Under the pieces are notes generated by a model, which did not search any database, was not told the origin of the DNA, and saw nothing but the letters and a program-made list of their open reading frames with translations. Source: Chiloscyllium plagiosum (Eukaryota). Taken from it: a stretch of 64,000 nucleotides of DNA. Both the position numbers and the translations under genes were made by a program. Shown here piece after piece: positions 11,885 through 23,750 of this stretch (positions are counted from its first letter, which is position 1; the number at the start of each line of letters is the position of its first letter). The DNA is taken from positions 4,584,807-4,648,806 of the forward strand of contig NC_057757.1 in NCBI RefSeq assembly GCF_004010195.1. Direction: 5' to 3'.

Positions 11885-12232
11885 GGTGGTACAGTGGCTA
11901 CGGGCAGCGTGGTGGCTCAGTGGTTAGCACTGCTGCCTCACGGCACCAGGGATCCGGATTAGATTCCACCCTCGGGCAACTGTCTGTCTGTGTAGAGTTT
12001 GCACACACTCCCCATGTCTGCGAGGGTTTCCTCTGGGTGCTCTGGTTTCCTCCCACAATCCAAAGATGTGCAGGCCAGATGAATTGGCCATGCTAAATTG
12101 CCCATAGTATTAGGTGCAAAAGTCAGGGATAAATGTAGGGGAATGGATCTGGGTGGGTTACTCTTTGGAGGGTCAGTGCGGGCTTGTTGGGCCGAAGAGC
12201 CTGTTTCCCTACTGTTGGGAATCTAACCTAAT
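11885..12232 (+). mobile_element. HE1-type tRNA-derived SINE (V-SINE) with duplicated 5' start
   Basis: GTGGCTCAGTGGTTAGCACTGCTGCCTCAC head; GGGTTTCCTCTGGGTGCTCTGGTTTCCTCCCACA core; LINE-like tail. Confidence 0.9.
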
Positions 12233-13019
12233 CAATGAGATTGTGGCCGATCTGATAATCCTGTACACCACTCTCTTCATTCGATTCAACATCCTGATTT
12301 AAAATCAATCTCAGCCTCAAATATACTTAATGACCCAGCCTCAACAGCCCTCCGTGATAAAGAATTCCACAGATTCTCTTCCCCTTTCACAGAAGAAATT
12401 CCTCCTCCCCGCTGTCTTCGATTGGTGACCCCTCTTTCTGAGATGGTGCCCTTTGGTCCCAGGCTGTCCTGCAAGGGGAATCAACCTCTCCACATCTCCC
12501 CATCCAGTCACCTAAGAATCTGAAGGATATTTTCCTGTTCAGACGCTCCTTTAGAGCAGCTGGGGCATGGTCCTAGCCCAGAGGTAGGGACACTGCCATA
12601 AGTATCATTGCTGTCAGAGTTGTATGTTTCAATAATATTTCTGCTAATATCCAGTGAGCACCCGCGTTAAATGTTGTTGGAGGAGGTCCTTGTGAAAACG
12701 CATTGGGGCATGTTGTTACATTGAAGGTGCTTGATGAATGCTTATTTGATGGTCGTTGTTAATGGTCTCCTGATGCTTTTGAGCTTGTACTGATTTTGTT
12801 TCTGATCAGCCCTGTGCTGGAGGAGCAGTTGTCCATCCCCAGGACACATTTGCAGTACCAGATGTGCCTAGGGGAGGTCCAGTCAGCCCTGCTTCCATTT
12901 TGACGTGTATCTGAACATTGACTGTAAAGCTGAGTACAATGCTGAATCCCTTCAGGTTGATCTGTCATGTTCCATTGTGTGTAGTGACAAGGACAGTGTG
13001 AAGTAGGTTACTGCAGCTA

Positions 13020-13240
13020 AGATTCTGGATCAGTGGTGCTGGAAGAGCACAGCAATTCAGGCAGCATCCGAGGACAGGCAAAATCGACGTTTCGGGCAAA
13101 AGCCCTCCATCAGGATGATGAAGGGCTTTTGCCCGAAACGTCGATTTTGCCTGTCCTCGGATGCTGCCTGAATTGCTGTGCTCTTCCAGCACCACTGATC
13201 CAGAATCTGGTTTCCAGCATCTGCAGTCATTGTTTTTACC
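13020..13240. mobile_element. Young Penelope-like fold-back insertion with 16-bp TSD
   Basis: ~93-bp near-perfect inverted arms (13020-13112 / 13116-13208); TTACTGCAGCTAAGAT at 13008-13023 and 13241-13256; hammerhead-like core. Confidence 0.85.
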
Positions 13241-13446
13241 TTACTGCAGCTAAGATGCCTTGTGGTAGGATCTAAACGCATTTCTAACTGTCTGTTCGAG
13301 CTTCCAAACCAAGAAATGATGGTTTATGCAATTCGAGTGGGTTCTGTTGCTTGAGGGGTTCATGGACATATTTCCTGGGATGTATATTGCCCTTTAACTT
13401 TGGTGTTTGTCTGTGTCTGGCAGGAGAGTTTGTCTCTCATAAAAGA

Positions 13447-13788
13447 ATCATAGAATCTCTGCAGTGTGGAAGCAGGCCATTCAGCCCATCCTTTTTACAC
13501 TGACACCCTGAAGAGCATCCCACACAGATTAACTCCCATCCCTGCATTTCCCCTGGCTAATTCACCTAGCCTGCACATCCCTGAATACTATGAGCAATTT
13601 AGCATGTTCAATCCACCCCAACCTGCACGTCATTGGACTAAGCGGGGAAACTAGAGCACCCGGGAGAAACCCACCCAGACCTGGGCGAGAATGTGCAAAC
13701 TCCTCACAGACAGTTACCCGCTGGTGGAATCACCCCAGGTCTTGGGCGTGTGAGGCAGCAGTGCTAACCACTGAGCCACAATGCCCCA
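13447..13788 (-). mobile_element. HE1-type SINE
   Basis: Reverse complement of head (GAGGCAGCAGTGCTAACCACTGAGCCAC), core and tail. Confidence 0.88.
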
Positions 13789-14087
13789 AATCGTGTGTGT
13801 GTGTGTGTGTTTTTTTCTCAATGAAAGGGAGTGCTGGGTTTGAGTGCCTCTTGAGGGAGAGGGTGTTTTGGTGTGGGAGGGGTGTGTGTTTCAGAGGAAG
13901 GGAATGGGGGTGCATGTGTGTCTGTGCCACTGTCTCTACAAGTTCAGAACCTTGTCACATAAATTGCTGCTTCACCGTGCCTGAGGGAGCACACCCAAGA
14001 CAAAGGTGCCATCTGTCAGATGAGACAGGTGAGGGCCCCATTTCCTCCCTCTTCTGAACATAAGTTCCTGTGTGTAATAATTGCAAT

Positions 14088-14397
14088 ACAGTTAGCACTG
14101 CTGCCTCACAGTGCCAGGGACCCAGGTTTGATTCCACCCTCGAGCGACCGTCAGTGTGGAGTTTGCACATTCTCCCCATGTCTACACGGGTTTCCTTTGG
14201 GTCCTCCAGTTACCTCACACAGTCCAAAGATGTGCAGGTTTGGGTGGATTGGCCATGCTAAATTGTCCTTGCAATGTCCAAGGATGTGCAGTGGCTTAGC
14301 CATGGGAAATGCAGGTTTACAAAGATAGGGTATGGAAGGGTCAGTGTGAATTTGATGGGCTGATTGGTCTGCTTCCACACCATAGGGATTCTACAAT
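14088..14397 (+). mobile_element. HE1-type SINE
   Basis: GTTAGCACTGCTGCCTCACAG...CAGTCCAAAGATGTGCAGG. Confidence 0.88.
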
Positions 14398-15499
14398 ATA
14401 GGAGATGGGCATGAGGGAGCTCTTCCATGGTATCCTGATTAAATATTAACCCCTCACCCTGCCTCACCATAACAGGTCATCTGGTAGCTGCCTCACTGAG
14501 TTAACTTGTTGATGCAAAAAAACAGTTAGCAGCCACGTGTAATTAGTGGTGACATTTCCTGCATTTCAGTAGCGGCAGCACTTTGGTGGCTGAAAATGCT
14601 TTGAAATGTCCGGTGGTCAAATGTAAGTAGTTCTTAAATCATTTGAAGTTGCTTCGTGGGAGCTTTGTCAAAGAAAAAATTGACACCAAATAAAGGTTTG
14701 GATACTGAATCAAACGTTGTGTTTACAAAGAGGTACTTAGAGTGTCTGAATCTTGGAAAGAGTTGGAGAGGTTATTGGAAGGCTGGTGCTTATGTCACTG
14801 GATCAGCAATATGGTGATTTGAACTGTTACACCATTAATCATGTGTTTAAATCTTACGCAGGACATCTGAGAATTTCAATTCCATTTTGTTCTATTTTTT
14901 AAAAAGTGCTGTTGTTTAAGCAAAACTGCTTTGCCCCCACACCATGGAGCTACGTAGGTTTATTTGTTAAATTCATATCCATGACGATGAGGGGTGTGAC
15001 CAGGGTGGATAGAAAGCAGCTGTTGAAGGGCTCTTCATGAGGGGGGAGCATAGTTTCAGGATGAGGGACAGAAGGGAATTTGTGAAAAAAAACGCTGTCA
15101 CTCAGTGGGAATCTGGAATGAACTCCCTGGAAAGGTGGTGGAGGCTGGGAACCTTTTTTTTTAAAATAAATTTTGGAAGAGCACTTCAACTATCATAACA
15201 TTAAAGGGTATGAGACAAGTGCAGGGAATTGGGATTAGAGCACTTTCAGTGGTTGTTATGTCAGTGCTGACTTGATGGGCCAAAGGGCCTTTTCTACACC
15301 TGAATAAATCTATAAATACCTGTTGTCCTTACCTGGTTTGGATAGATACGTGACCCCAGGCCTACACCAACATGATGGGTCCTTGCCTCAATCCAACCTG
15401 ACTAACTGCAGACTTGTACTCAGTTATGACCTGAAAGTCGGGCCCATTGCTGATTTGTTTTCATCTCGTGCTCATCAGGATCAATGCAAGAATGCCACA

Positions 15500-16250
15500 T
15501 TTGAAACCATGATTGACAGGCGGAAGTCTGGGAGAACACAGCAAGCCAGGCAGCATCAGCAGGTGGGGATGTTGATGTCCCGAAGAAGGGTTGCGCCCGA
15601 AACATCAACTTAGAATCAGAAAGAAGTACAGCATGGAAACAGACCCTTCAGTCCAACCTGTCCATGCTGACCAGATGTCTTAAATTAATCTAGTCCCATT
15701 TGCCATCACCTGGCCCATATCCCTCTAAACTCTTCCTATTCATATACCCATCCACATGCCTTTTAAATGCTGTAATTGTACCAGCCGCCACTTTCTCTGG
15801 CAGCTCACTCCATACACAAACCACCCTCTGTGTGGGAAAAAAAGTTGTTCCTTTTAAATCTTTCCCCTCTCTAGTTCTGAACTTCCCCACCCCAGGGAAA
15901 ATACCTTGTCTATTTACCCTATCCATGCTCCTCATAATTTTGTAAACCTCCTATAAGTCACCCCTCAGCCTCCAACGCTCCAGGGAAAACAGCCCCAGAC
16001 TGTTCAACCTCTCCTTGTAGCTCAAACCCTCCAACCCAGGCAACATCCTTGTAAATCTTTTCTGAACCCTTACAAGTTTCACAATATCCTTCTGATAGGA
16101 AAGAGTCCAGAATTGCATACACTAATCCAAAACTGACCTAACCAATTCTCCATGTCCTGATGCTGCCTGGCTTGCTGTGTTCTTCCAGTCTCCTGCCTGT
16201 CTACGTTTTAGATTCCAGCATCTGCTGCATTTTTTTTTTGTCTCTTACCA
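15500..16250. mobile_element. Penelope-like fold-back (15500-15610, 16148-16250) split by a minus-strand HER1-like LINE 3' fragment (15612-16145)
   Basis: Arms GAACACAGCAAGCCAGGCAGCATCAG / CTGATGCTGCCTGGCTTGCTGTGTTC flank the LINE; hammerhead-like CCGAAGAAGGGTTGCGCCCGAAAC at ~15580. Confidence 0.75.
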
Positions 16251-16479
16251 TATTTGAAAACGTCACAACGATTTGTACTACAGTGGGGTTTGGGTGTCAT
16301 TGGCTAGCAAGTCGCGCTGATTGGTTGAAGTATGGCCATAGTGAATGCAAGAGGGAACAATTGGCTTTCCACATTCCTGAATAACTATAAGAGGGTGCAA
16401 AAGCTTTGGGGGTATTAGTTGTTTGCTGAGAATCCATCTCCTAGTGACCTTGTGCCTCCACTCCTAGTGACCTTGTTAA

Positions 16480-16918
16480 GTCAGCTGGAAGCAAGGAGAG
16501 GCTGAACGGGCTGGGGCTGTTTTCCCTGGAGAGTCGGAGGCTGAGTGTTGATCTTGTAGAGGTTTATAAAATGAGGAGGGGGCGTGGATAGGGTAAGTAG
16601 ACAAGATCTTTTCCCAGCGGTGTGGGAGTCCAGAACTAGAGGGCATAGGTTTTGGGTGAGAGGGGAAAGATATAAAAAGGACCTGAGGGGCAGCCTTTTC
16701 TCAGACGGTGGTGCATATATGAGAGGTGCAGCCAAAAGAGAAAGTGCGGCTGGTACAATGACAACATTTAAAAGGCATCAGGATGGGTATATGAATAGAA
16801 GGGTTTGGAGGGATATATGGCAAACGGGACTAGATTAGGTTCAGATATCTGGTCGGCCCGGACGAGTTGGGTCGAAGGGTCTGTTTCCCTGCTTGAACAG
16901 ATCTGTGACCCCCATGAG
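16480..16918 (+). mobile_element. HER1-like LINE 3' fragment
   Basis: GLFSLESRRL...SRTRGHRFWVRGERYKKDLRG plus tail. Confidence 0.85.
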
Positions 16919-17749
16919 TCATTTTGTGAGCTTGATCGCCCGAAATTGATGTATGGTGTCACTAGGAGATAGTGAGAGCTGGAGAGTCAGAGTGGATAAA
17001 GTGTGGAGCTGGAAAAACACAGCAGGGTCGGCAGCATCAGAGGAGGAGGTGGGAGCCTCATCAGGACGGTGTGGTTTGGTGGAACGGCTAACGCACATTG
17101 GATTATACAGCAGACGCTGAATATTTACAGAAACACAGCGAACAGATGATGTTCTTGGGTGGGGGGTGAGGTTTTGCAAGCACAGGCTGACTGCATGTAG
17201 TCTGTACGCTGCCTGATGTGAACTACTCAAGAAAATTGGTTCAATTAATCAGTTGCTAGGACACAAAAAGACTTATTCCAAATTAATTTCCTCGATTTGA
17301 AATTTTGCCAGCTGGGTTTGGGATTTGGACCCCTGTCCCCAAAGCATTTGTCAGAGTCTCTGGGGTACGGAGCTGCCTTGACGTAGTTCACAAAAGTGCT
17401 GGTGAAAGATGAGAATATCTCTTTATTTTAAGAAGTGACTTACTGTGATATGGAAAACGCTGCCTGATGGGGCAGTTTGAGCAGATTCAGTTGGAAGTTT
17501 GCAAGGGGAATAGAGTTGGAGGAAGTGAACCTGCAGAGTGAGGGGTTGTGGGACGAATTTAAGAGGGCAGCCGTGGGCATGATAAGCCTATTACTTGGAC
17601 TGAGTGCTCTGTTAGACAAAGAAAATTTAAAAATAGTCAAACTATCATTCTTGTTTTTTTTTGAATGAGCTTGGAAGTTAGAATGATTTTCTGTTTGAGA
17701 TATGGGAGCTTTTTTTCCCCAAGTTAAAACACTGCACTCTGACTTAGAG

Positions 17750-18062
17750 TTTAGAATCTCTACAGTGTAGATTTCGAGGCCACTTGATCTGTTGAGTCTG
17801 CACCAACCCTCTGACGAGCATCCCACCCTAACCCTGCATTTCCCATGGCTAAACCACCCTAACCTGCACATCCCTGGACACTATGGCTCAATTTACTTGA
17901 ACCTGCAATCTTTGGATTGTGGGAGGAAACCGGAGCACCCGAAGGAATCCCACGCAGACACGGGGAGAACTTGCAAACTCCATGCAGACAGTCGTCCAAG
18001 GGTGGGATCGAACCCAGGTCCCTGGCACTGGGAGGCAGCAGTGCTAACCACTGAGCCATCCT
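17750..18062 (-). mobile_element. HE1-type SINE
   Basis: Recognisable core and head on - strand. Confidence 0.88.
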
Positions 18063-18944
18063 TGACAATCTGTCTTTTCCACGGTACAGTTTGGGCGGTC
18101 TCCTGCTCTGATCTAGAAGCTTCGGCTATGGGATCCCTTCCAGGATTTGATGGGTTGGGGGGGGGATGTGTCTGTGACGTGAATTAAACGGGTAGGAGCT
18201 AATTATTGCAGATTCTGGAATCTGTACTGAAAACAACAACTGCTGGAGATCACAGCAGGCCAGGCAGCATCCATGGAGAGAGAGTGAGCACACTAACATT
18301 TCAAAATAAGGAGTGGGGCAGCACCTATGCATTAAGGTGGAGGGTGCTGGAAAGACATTGATAGTTCTCTCCACTAGCCCTCCAACCCACTTCTCTTCCT
18401 CCCAAACTATAGCATGAATTAAAGGGGTTTGACCTCCCCTGCCTTTCCAGTGAGAGGCTGTTGCTGGGCAGACAAGTGATGGCAAGGTGATCGGAAACTG
18501 TACCATCTTGATAACGCGTGTTGTCCGAAGCAACTGGGAACCACCGAGTGAGCTGTAACGTGCTGCCTCCATCTGCCCTCACACTGGGCGGGAGACCAAA
18601 GTAAACAGGCTCAAATCTGTCTGCTGTCTTCCTTCCAACCCTGTCCCTGTCCCCAGTCGGGAAACAGAGTCACACACCAGTTCCCTCATCTTCCAGCAAT
18701 TGCAATGCCTGCCACATGGTCCCCTAGTACAGCTGCCTCACGAATTCCTGTGATCACAAAAGGGGAAGTCTGGTGGTCCACCTTGATTGGGGATCTGGGG
18801 GTGCTTGGGAGAGGTGGTTTTGTGTAGGGTCTGTTCCAGACCCTCCCCCAGCACCATTACTATTCCAAGCCTTACACCTCAGTGAGTTCTATCAAGTGTC
18901 CATCTAATTTCCTGTTTGTTTCTTCACCCACGGGACGTCGGCTG

Positions 18945-19645
18945 CGACAGCATTGATGTTCCAACCTTAATTGCCCCTGGAGGAGGTGGTGAACTGCCTT
19001 TGTTGAACCACTGGAGTCCCTCGTGGTGTAGGGACACCCACACAGCACTGTGTTAGGGAAGAGTGTTCCAGGATTCTGACCCAGTGGAGAATGGCAATAT
19101 ATTGCCAATTAAGGATGGTGAAAAATGAGTTTTTAACTCACCACCTGACTTACCCCCCCCCCCCACCCACCAAAGCCTGTCCAGCTTTGACCAGGCACAA
19201 GTCGGGAGTGTGAGGGAATGCTCCCCACCTACCTGGGTGAGGACAGCTCCAACAACACTCAAAAAGCTCGACATCAGGAAAAAAGCACTCCCGCTTGATT
19301 GGCACCACATCCGCAAATGTCCACTCCCTTCACCACTGATGCTCAGTTGCAGCAGTATGTACCATCTACAAGGCAACACCTTCCAAACCCCTGGCCACTT
19401 CCATTTGGAAGGAGAAGGGCAGCAGATACAGGGGAACATCACCTCCCACAAGTTCCCTTCCGACTCCTTCACCATCCCGACTTGGAAATATATTGTCTGC
19501 TTCCTGAGTGTCACTGGGGTCAGAATCCTGGAACTCCATCCCCAGCGGCACGGTGCGGGTCTCCCTTCAGCACGTAGACTGCAGCGGTTCAAGAAGGCAG
19601 CTAACCACCATCTTCAGGGGGCATTTAGGAATTGGTAACGTTGCT
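18945..19645. mobile_element. Two fragments (- then +) of a second CR1/L2-superclade LINE 3' region
   Basis: + frame resembles AQVRSVMEYSPLAW..AAPTTLKKLD.IQ.KA; 3' UTR CAGCGGTTCAAGAAGGCAGCT..CCACCA; the family recurs at ~32550, 38210, 45710, 46300, 51620, 56640, 57330, 57815. Confidence 0.75.
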
Positions 19646-20229
19646 GGTCCATTTGATCGTTTCGAGTCAAATGTGCGGCACAGAAACAGACCCTTCAGTC
19701 CAACTCATCCATGCTACCTGAAATTAATCTAGTCCCATTTGCCAGCACTTGATATTAATAACTTGTCAAGTCTTGATAAGTGTATTGAATTTCAAGTAGT
19801 TTGTAGTGATGTACACCTGAGCTGCCGCTTCTGATGTAACTGAGAGTGAAATCTGAAGATGCTTTATCTTTTACAACATTGTTTACACTCAAACACACAA
19901 GCAGATACAAAACAAGTCAAACTAGTTCAGGAGAGGCAACACTGCCCTGAACTGGTCTTTGTATAATGAGTGTTTTCCCTGTCTTTTCTTTTTAAAAAAA
20001 AAAATTAGTGGATGGGGCATTGTTGGCAAGCGCAGCTTTTGTTGCTCGTTTGTAATTGCCCCTTTGAACTGAACTGAGTGGGCAGGTCAAAGTGAACGCC
20101 ATTGGCTGAGAGTCTGGAGTCACGTATAGGCCAGGCCAGATGAGGAACATTTTCCTTCTCCAAAAGGCATTTGAGAACCAGATGAGGTTTTAACAACAAT
20201 GGTTGCCCATTAGGCTATTAAATTCCACC

Positions 20230-21360
20230 AGCTTGCCTTCATTGCTCACATCTCTTGAGTACAGGAGTTGGGATGTCATGTTGAGGTTATACAGGATGCT
20301 GGTGAGGCCTCTTCTGCAGCACTGTGTCCAATTCTGGTCGCACTGTTATAGGAAGGATATTATTAAACTGGAGGAGGTTCAGAAGAGATTTACCAGGGAT
20401 GGAGGGTTTGACTTACATGAGTCTGGGATGTTTTTCACTGTAGAAAAGGTCAAGTCACCATTGGCCCAGGGGGTGGTGGGGGTTGCTCTTCACCAGAAAC
20501 AGAAACAATGACTGGTGGTACACTTAACCTGAGGATCCTGACACCCATAAAGATGGGAGGTTCTGGTCTGCAGGAAGGGGTGCAGAGGAGGTTCACCAGG
20601 ATGTTGCCTGGGTTGGAGACATTAAGCTACAAGGAGAGACTAGATAGACTTGGGATGTTTTGTTTTTAGGATAGTAAAAAACAGAGCGGGGGGGGAGCAT
20701 TGGGGTGGCACGGTGGCTCATTGGTTAGTGTTGCGGCTTCACAGCAGCAGGGCACTGGTTCAATCCCAGCCTCTGGCGACTGTCTAAGTGGAGTTTGCAA
20801 ATTCTTCCTGTGTCTGTGTGGGTTTCCTCTGGGTGCTCCGGTTTCCTCCCACAGTCCAAAGATGGGCAAGTTAAGGTGAATTGGCCATGCTAAATTGTCC
20901 CAGGGATACATAGGTTAATGTACATTAGTCAGGGGTAAATGTAGGGTACGGGAATGAGTCTGGGTGGACTTGTTGGGCCGAAGGGTCAGTTTCCACACTG
21001 TAGGGATTCTATGATTTGAGGTGTGTAAGGTTATGAGGGGGGATGGGAACAGGGTAGATGGAGAGCAGCTGTTCCACTTGGTCAAGCGATCAGTGACGAG
21101 GGGTATAATTTTAAGGATAAAGAGCAGGGGTTTTGGGAACAAATGGGGAACAAATGTTTTCACTGTGGGTGTTGGGAATCTGGAATGCACTGCCTGGGAA
21201 GGTGGTGGAGGCTAGAAACATTTCAAAAAATATATTTGGATGGGCACTTCAAATATAACATTCAAGGGTATGGGACAAGTGCATGAAATTGGGATGAGTG
21301 GTCCTGACAGTGTAGTCTTGATGGGCCGAAGGGCCTTTTCTGTGTTCTGTGTATCTAGCG
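20230..21360 (+). mobile_element. CR1-like LINE fragments with a nested HE1 SINE (~20703-21015)
   Basis: EYRSWDVMLRLYRMLVRPLLQHCVQFWS...; SINE head TGGCACGGTGGCTCATTGGTTAG. Confidence 0.85.
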
Positions 21361-21659
21361 ACTGGCTGTGTGGGCAAGGATCTCCTCAGGCCATGCTGTT
21401 AAATCTTCTATTGCCAGTGATGTTAAATTGGTGCCCTCTAATCGCATGGGTCAACTGTATCCCTCCTGTCCTCATCCACCCCACTGCCCTGATCATACCA
21501 ACTCTGTCCCTCTTTCGAATTTCATCTCTGTCCCGTCTTCCATCTCCATGATGAATAGCCCCATTCTGATCAGATCACTGAAGTTATCCTGTCCCCAGAC
21601 GACTGTCTTTAACTGCAGTCTCCTCACTCCTGCACCTATTGACATGTAGGAGCAGAATT

Positions 21660-21990
21660 TCATAGAATCCCTACAGTGTGGGAGCAGGCCCTTTGGCCCA
21701 ACAATCCCACACCGACCCTCCGAAGAGTAGCCCACCCAGGCCCACTCCTTTACACTATCACTCTACATTTACCCCTGACTGATGCATCTGTCCTATACAT
21801 CCCTGAACACTATGGGGCAATTTAGCATGACCAATCCACCCTAACCTACATAACTTTGGATTGTGGAAGGAAACTGGAGCACCCGGAGGAAACCCACACA
21901 GACACAGGAAGACTGTGCAAATTCCACACAGATAGTTGCCCGAGGCTGGAATTGAACCCTGGTTCCTGGTGCTATGAGCCACCGTGCTGC
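21660..21990 (-). mobile_element. HE1-type SINE
   Basis: Core and tail on - strand. Confidence 0.88.
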
Positions 21991-22430
21991 TAGAACTCCG
22001 TCATTAGCTCATGGCTGATAAGTTTCTCAACCCCCATTTTCCCTAGAACCCTCGATTTCCCCCTTGCTGATCAAGAGCCTATCTATCTCTGTCTCAGAGA
22101 CACTCAACGATTTGCCCTCCACAGCCCTCTGCGGCAATGAGTTCCACAGAGTCACCACCCTCTGGCGGAAGAAGTGCCTCCTCATCTCAGTTCTCACCCT
22201 GCTAAAGTATGGGATTCGGTACACCCCATCAAGCAGCAGCAGTGGGAGCTTTAGTGGGAGAAGCTGAGAGGACAGGCACAACAGGATGACGTTGCTTGAG
22301 GAGAACTCTGCTGGTCAGCAGCAGCTAGAGAAGGAGGGGGGGCAAGGAGGCTGCTTTTTCACTTGCTCAGCAAGTTAGCTGATCTTCAGAGTGGTGAAAG
22401 TAGATTTGTAGCTTTCAAAAGGGAAGTGGA

Positions 22431-22699
22431 TATAACTCTCTTGACCTTGTATTTGGCTTGACATTTAGGTTGTTGTGAGCACCTGACTTCCTTCCTATGT
22501 TTGACCCAACTGTCATGGGTGAGCAAATTAAAAGGAACAAAAAAAGTCAGCAGCTAGTTCTTTATGGTCAACACAGTGGAGTTTTCAGATCTGGAAGGTC
22601 AGAGAATAATTTGCTCACCCATGGGTCAAACATAGGAAGGAAGTCAGGTGCTCACAACAACCTAAATGTCAAGCCAAATACAAGGTCAAGAGAGTTATA
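22431..22699. repeat. Long inverted repeat (93-bp arms, 76-bp spacer)
   Basis: 22607-22699 is the exact reverse complement of 22431-22530 apart from a 7-nt insertion in the left arm. Confidence 0.93.
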
Positions 22700-23750
22700 G
22701 CTTGACACTCTCCACTCGTTCCACCTCTGTGCTGTTAATGTGTAGGGGGGCATGAGTAACATCCTGCCAAAGTCAATAACAAGCTCCTTGGTTTTGCCGG
22801 CATTGAGAGCTAGGTTGTTGTCAGTGCACCATTTTTCCAGGTCTTCCACCTCCCGTCTGAAGTCTATTTCGTCGCCATCTGAGATTCGACCGACTGTGGT
22901 GGTGTCATCAGCGAACTTGTAAATGGCATTAGTCTGGTATTTGGCGACGCAGACATGGGTATACAGTGAGTACAGCCGAGGGCTGAGTACGTACCCCGGG
23001 GTGGGGGGCTCCAGTGTTGAGTGTTAGTGAGGATGAAATATTGTCCCCAGTCTTCACTGATTGTGGCCTGTGGGTCAGGAAGCTGAGGATCCAGTTGCAG
23101 AGAATGGGGCTTAGTCCGAGATCACTAAGTTTAGTCATCAGTCTCAAGGGGATAATAGTGTTGACAGCTGAACTGTTGTCAATGAGTAGGATTCTTACAT
23201 AGCTGTTCTTGGTGTCAAGATGTTCCAGGGAGGAGTGAAGGGCAAGTGATATGGCATCTGATGTGAGTCTGTTTGTCCGAAAGGCAGACTGGAGTGGGTC
23301 AAGAGTAGTAGGGAGGCTGGAGTTGATTAATGCCATGACCAGCCTTTCCAAGCACTTCATGACCATCAAAGTTAGGGCCACTGGGCGGTAGTCATTGAGA
23401 CATGCTGCATGAGCCGCCTTGGGCACAGGGATGATGTTGGCCTTCCTGAAACAGGCAGGGACAGTGGCCTGCTGCAGGGAGAGGTTGAAGATGTCCGAGA
23501 AGACCTCTGCCAGTTGATCTGCACATGCTCTGGGTGCACGGCCTGGTACTCTGTCTGGTCCCATCACTTTCCTTGGATTCAAACAAAGGAAAACTGATCT
23601 GACCTCTGATGCAGTGACCGATGGGATAGGTTCGTCAGGAGTTCTCGGAATAGGTGTTACCCCTCCGCCAAAATTCTGCTCGAAGCGAGCATAGAAGTTG
23701 TTGGGACGATCTGGGTGGGATGTGTCATTGTCTGCTACCTTGTCAAGGTG
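22700..23750 (-). mobile_element. Rex1/Babar-like non-LTR retrotransposon RT fragment
   Basis: NNFYARFEQ...GPDRVPGR..CADQLAEVFSDIFNLSL..CLNDYRPVALT..MKCLERLV..LDPLQSAFR..LIDNSSAVNTIIP..LTLNTGAP; frameshifted; continues to WCTDNNLALNAGKTKELVIDF. Confidence 0.9.

Noticed and set aside
12965..13281. Near-identical ORFs on both strands
   Set aside because: Consequence of the inverted repeat, not coding
22929..23582. 217-aa ORF as a host gene or active RT
   Set aside because: Frameshifted, truncated Rex1/Babar RT with damaged motifs
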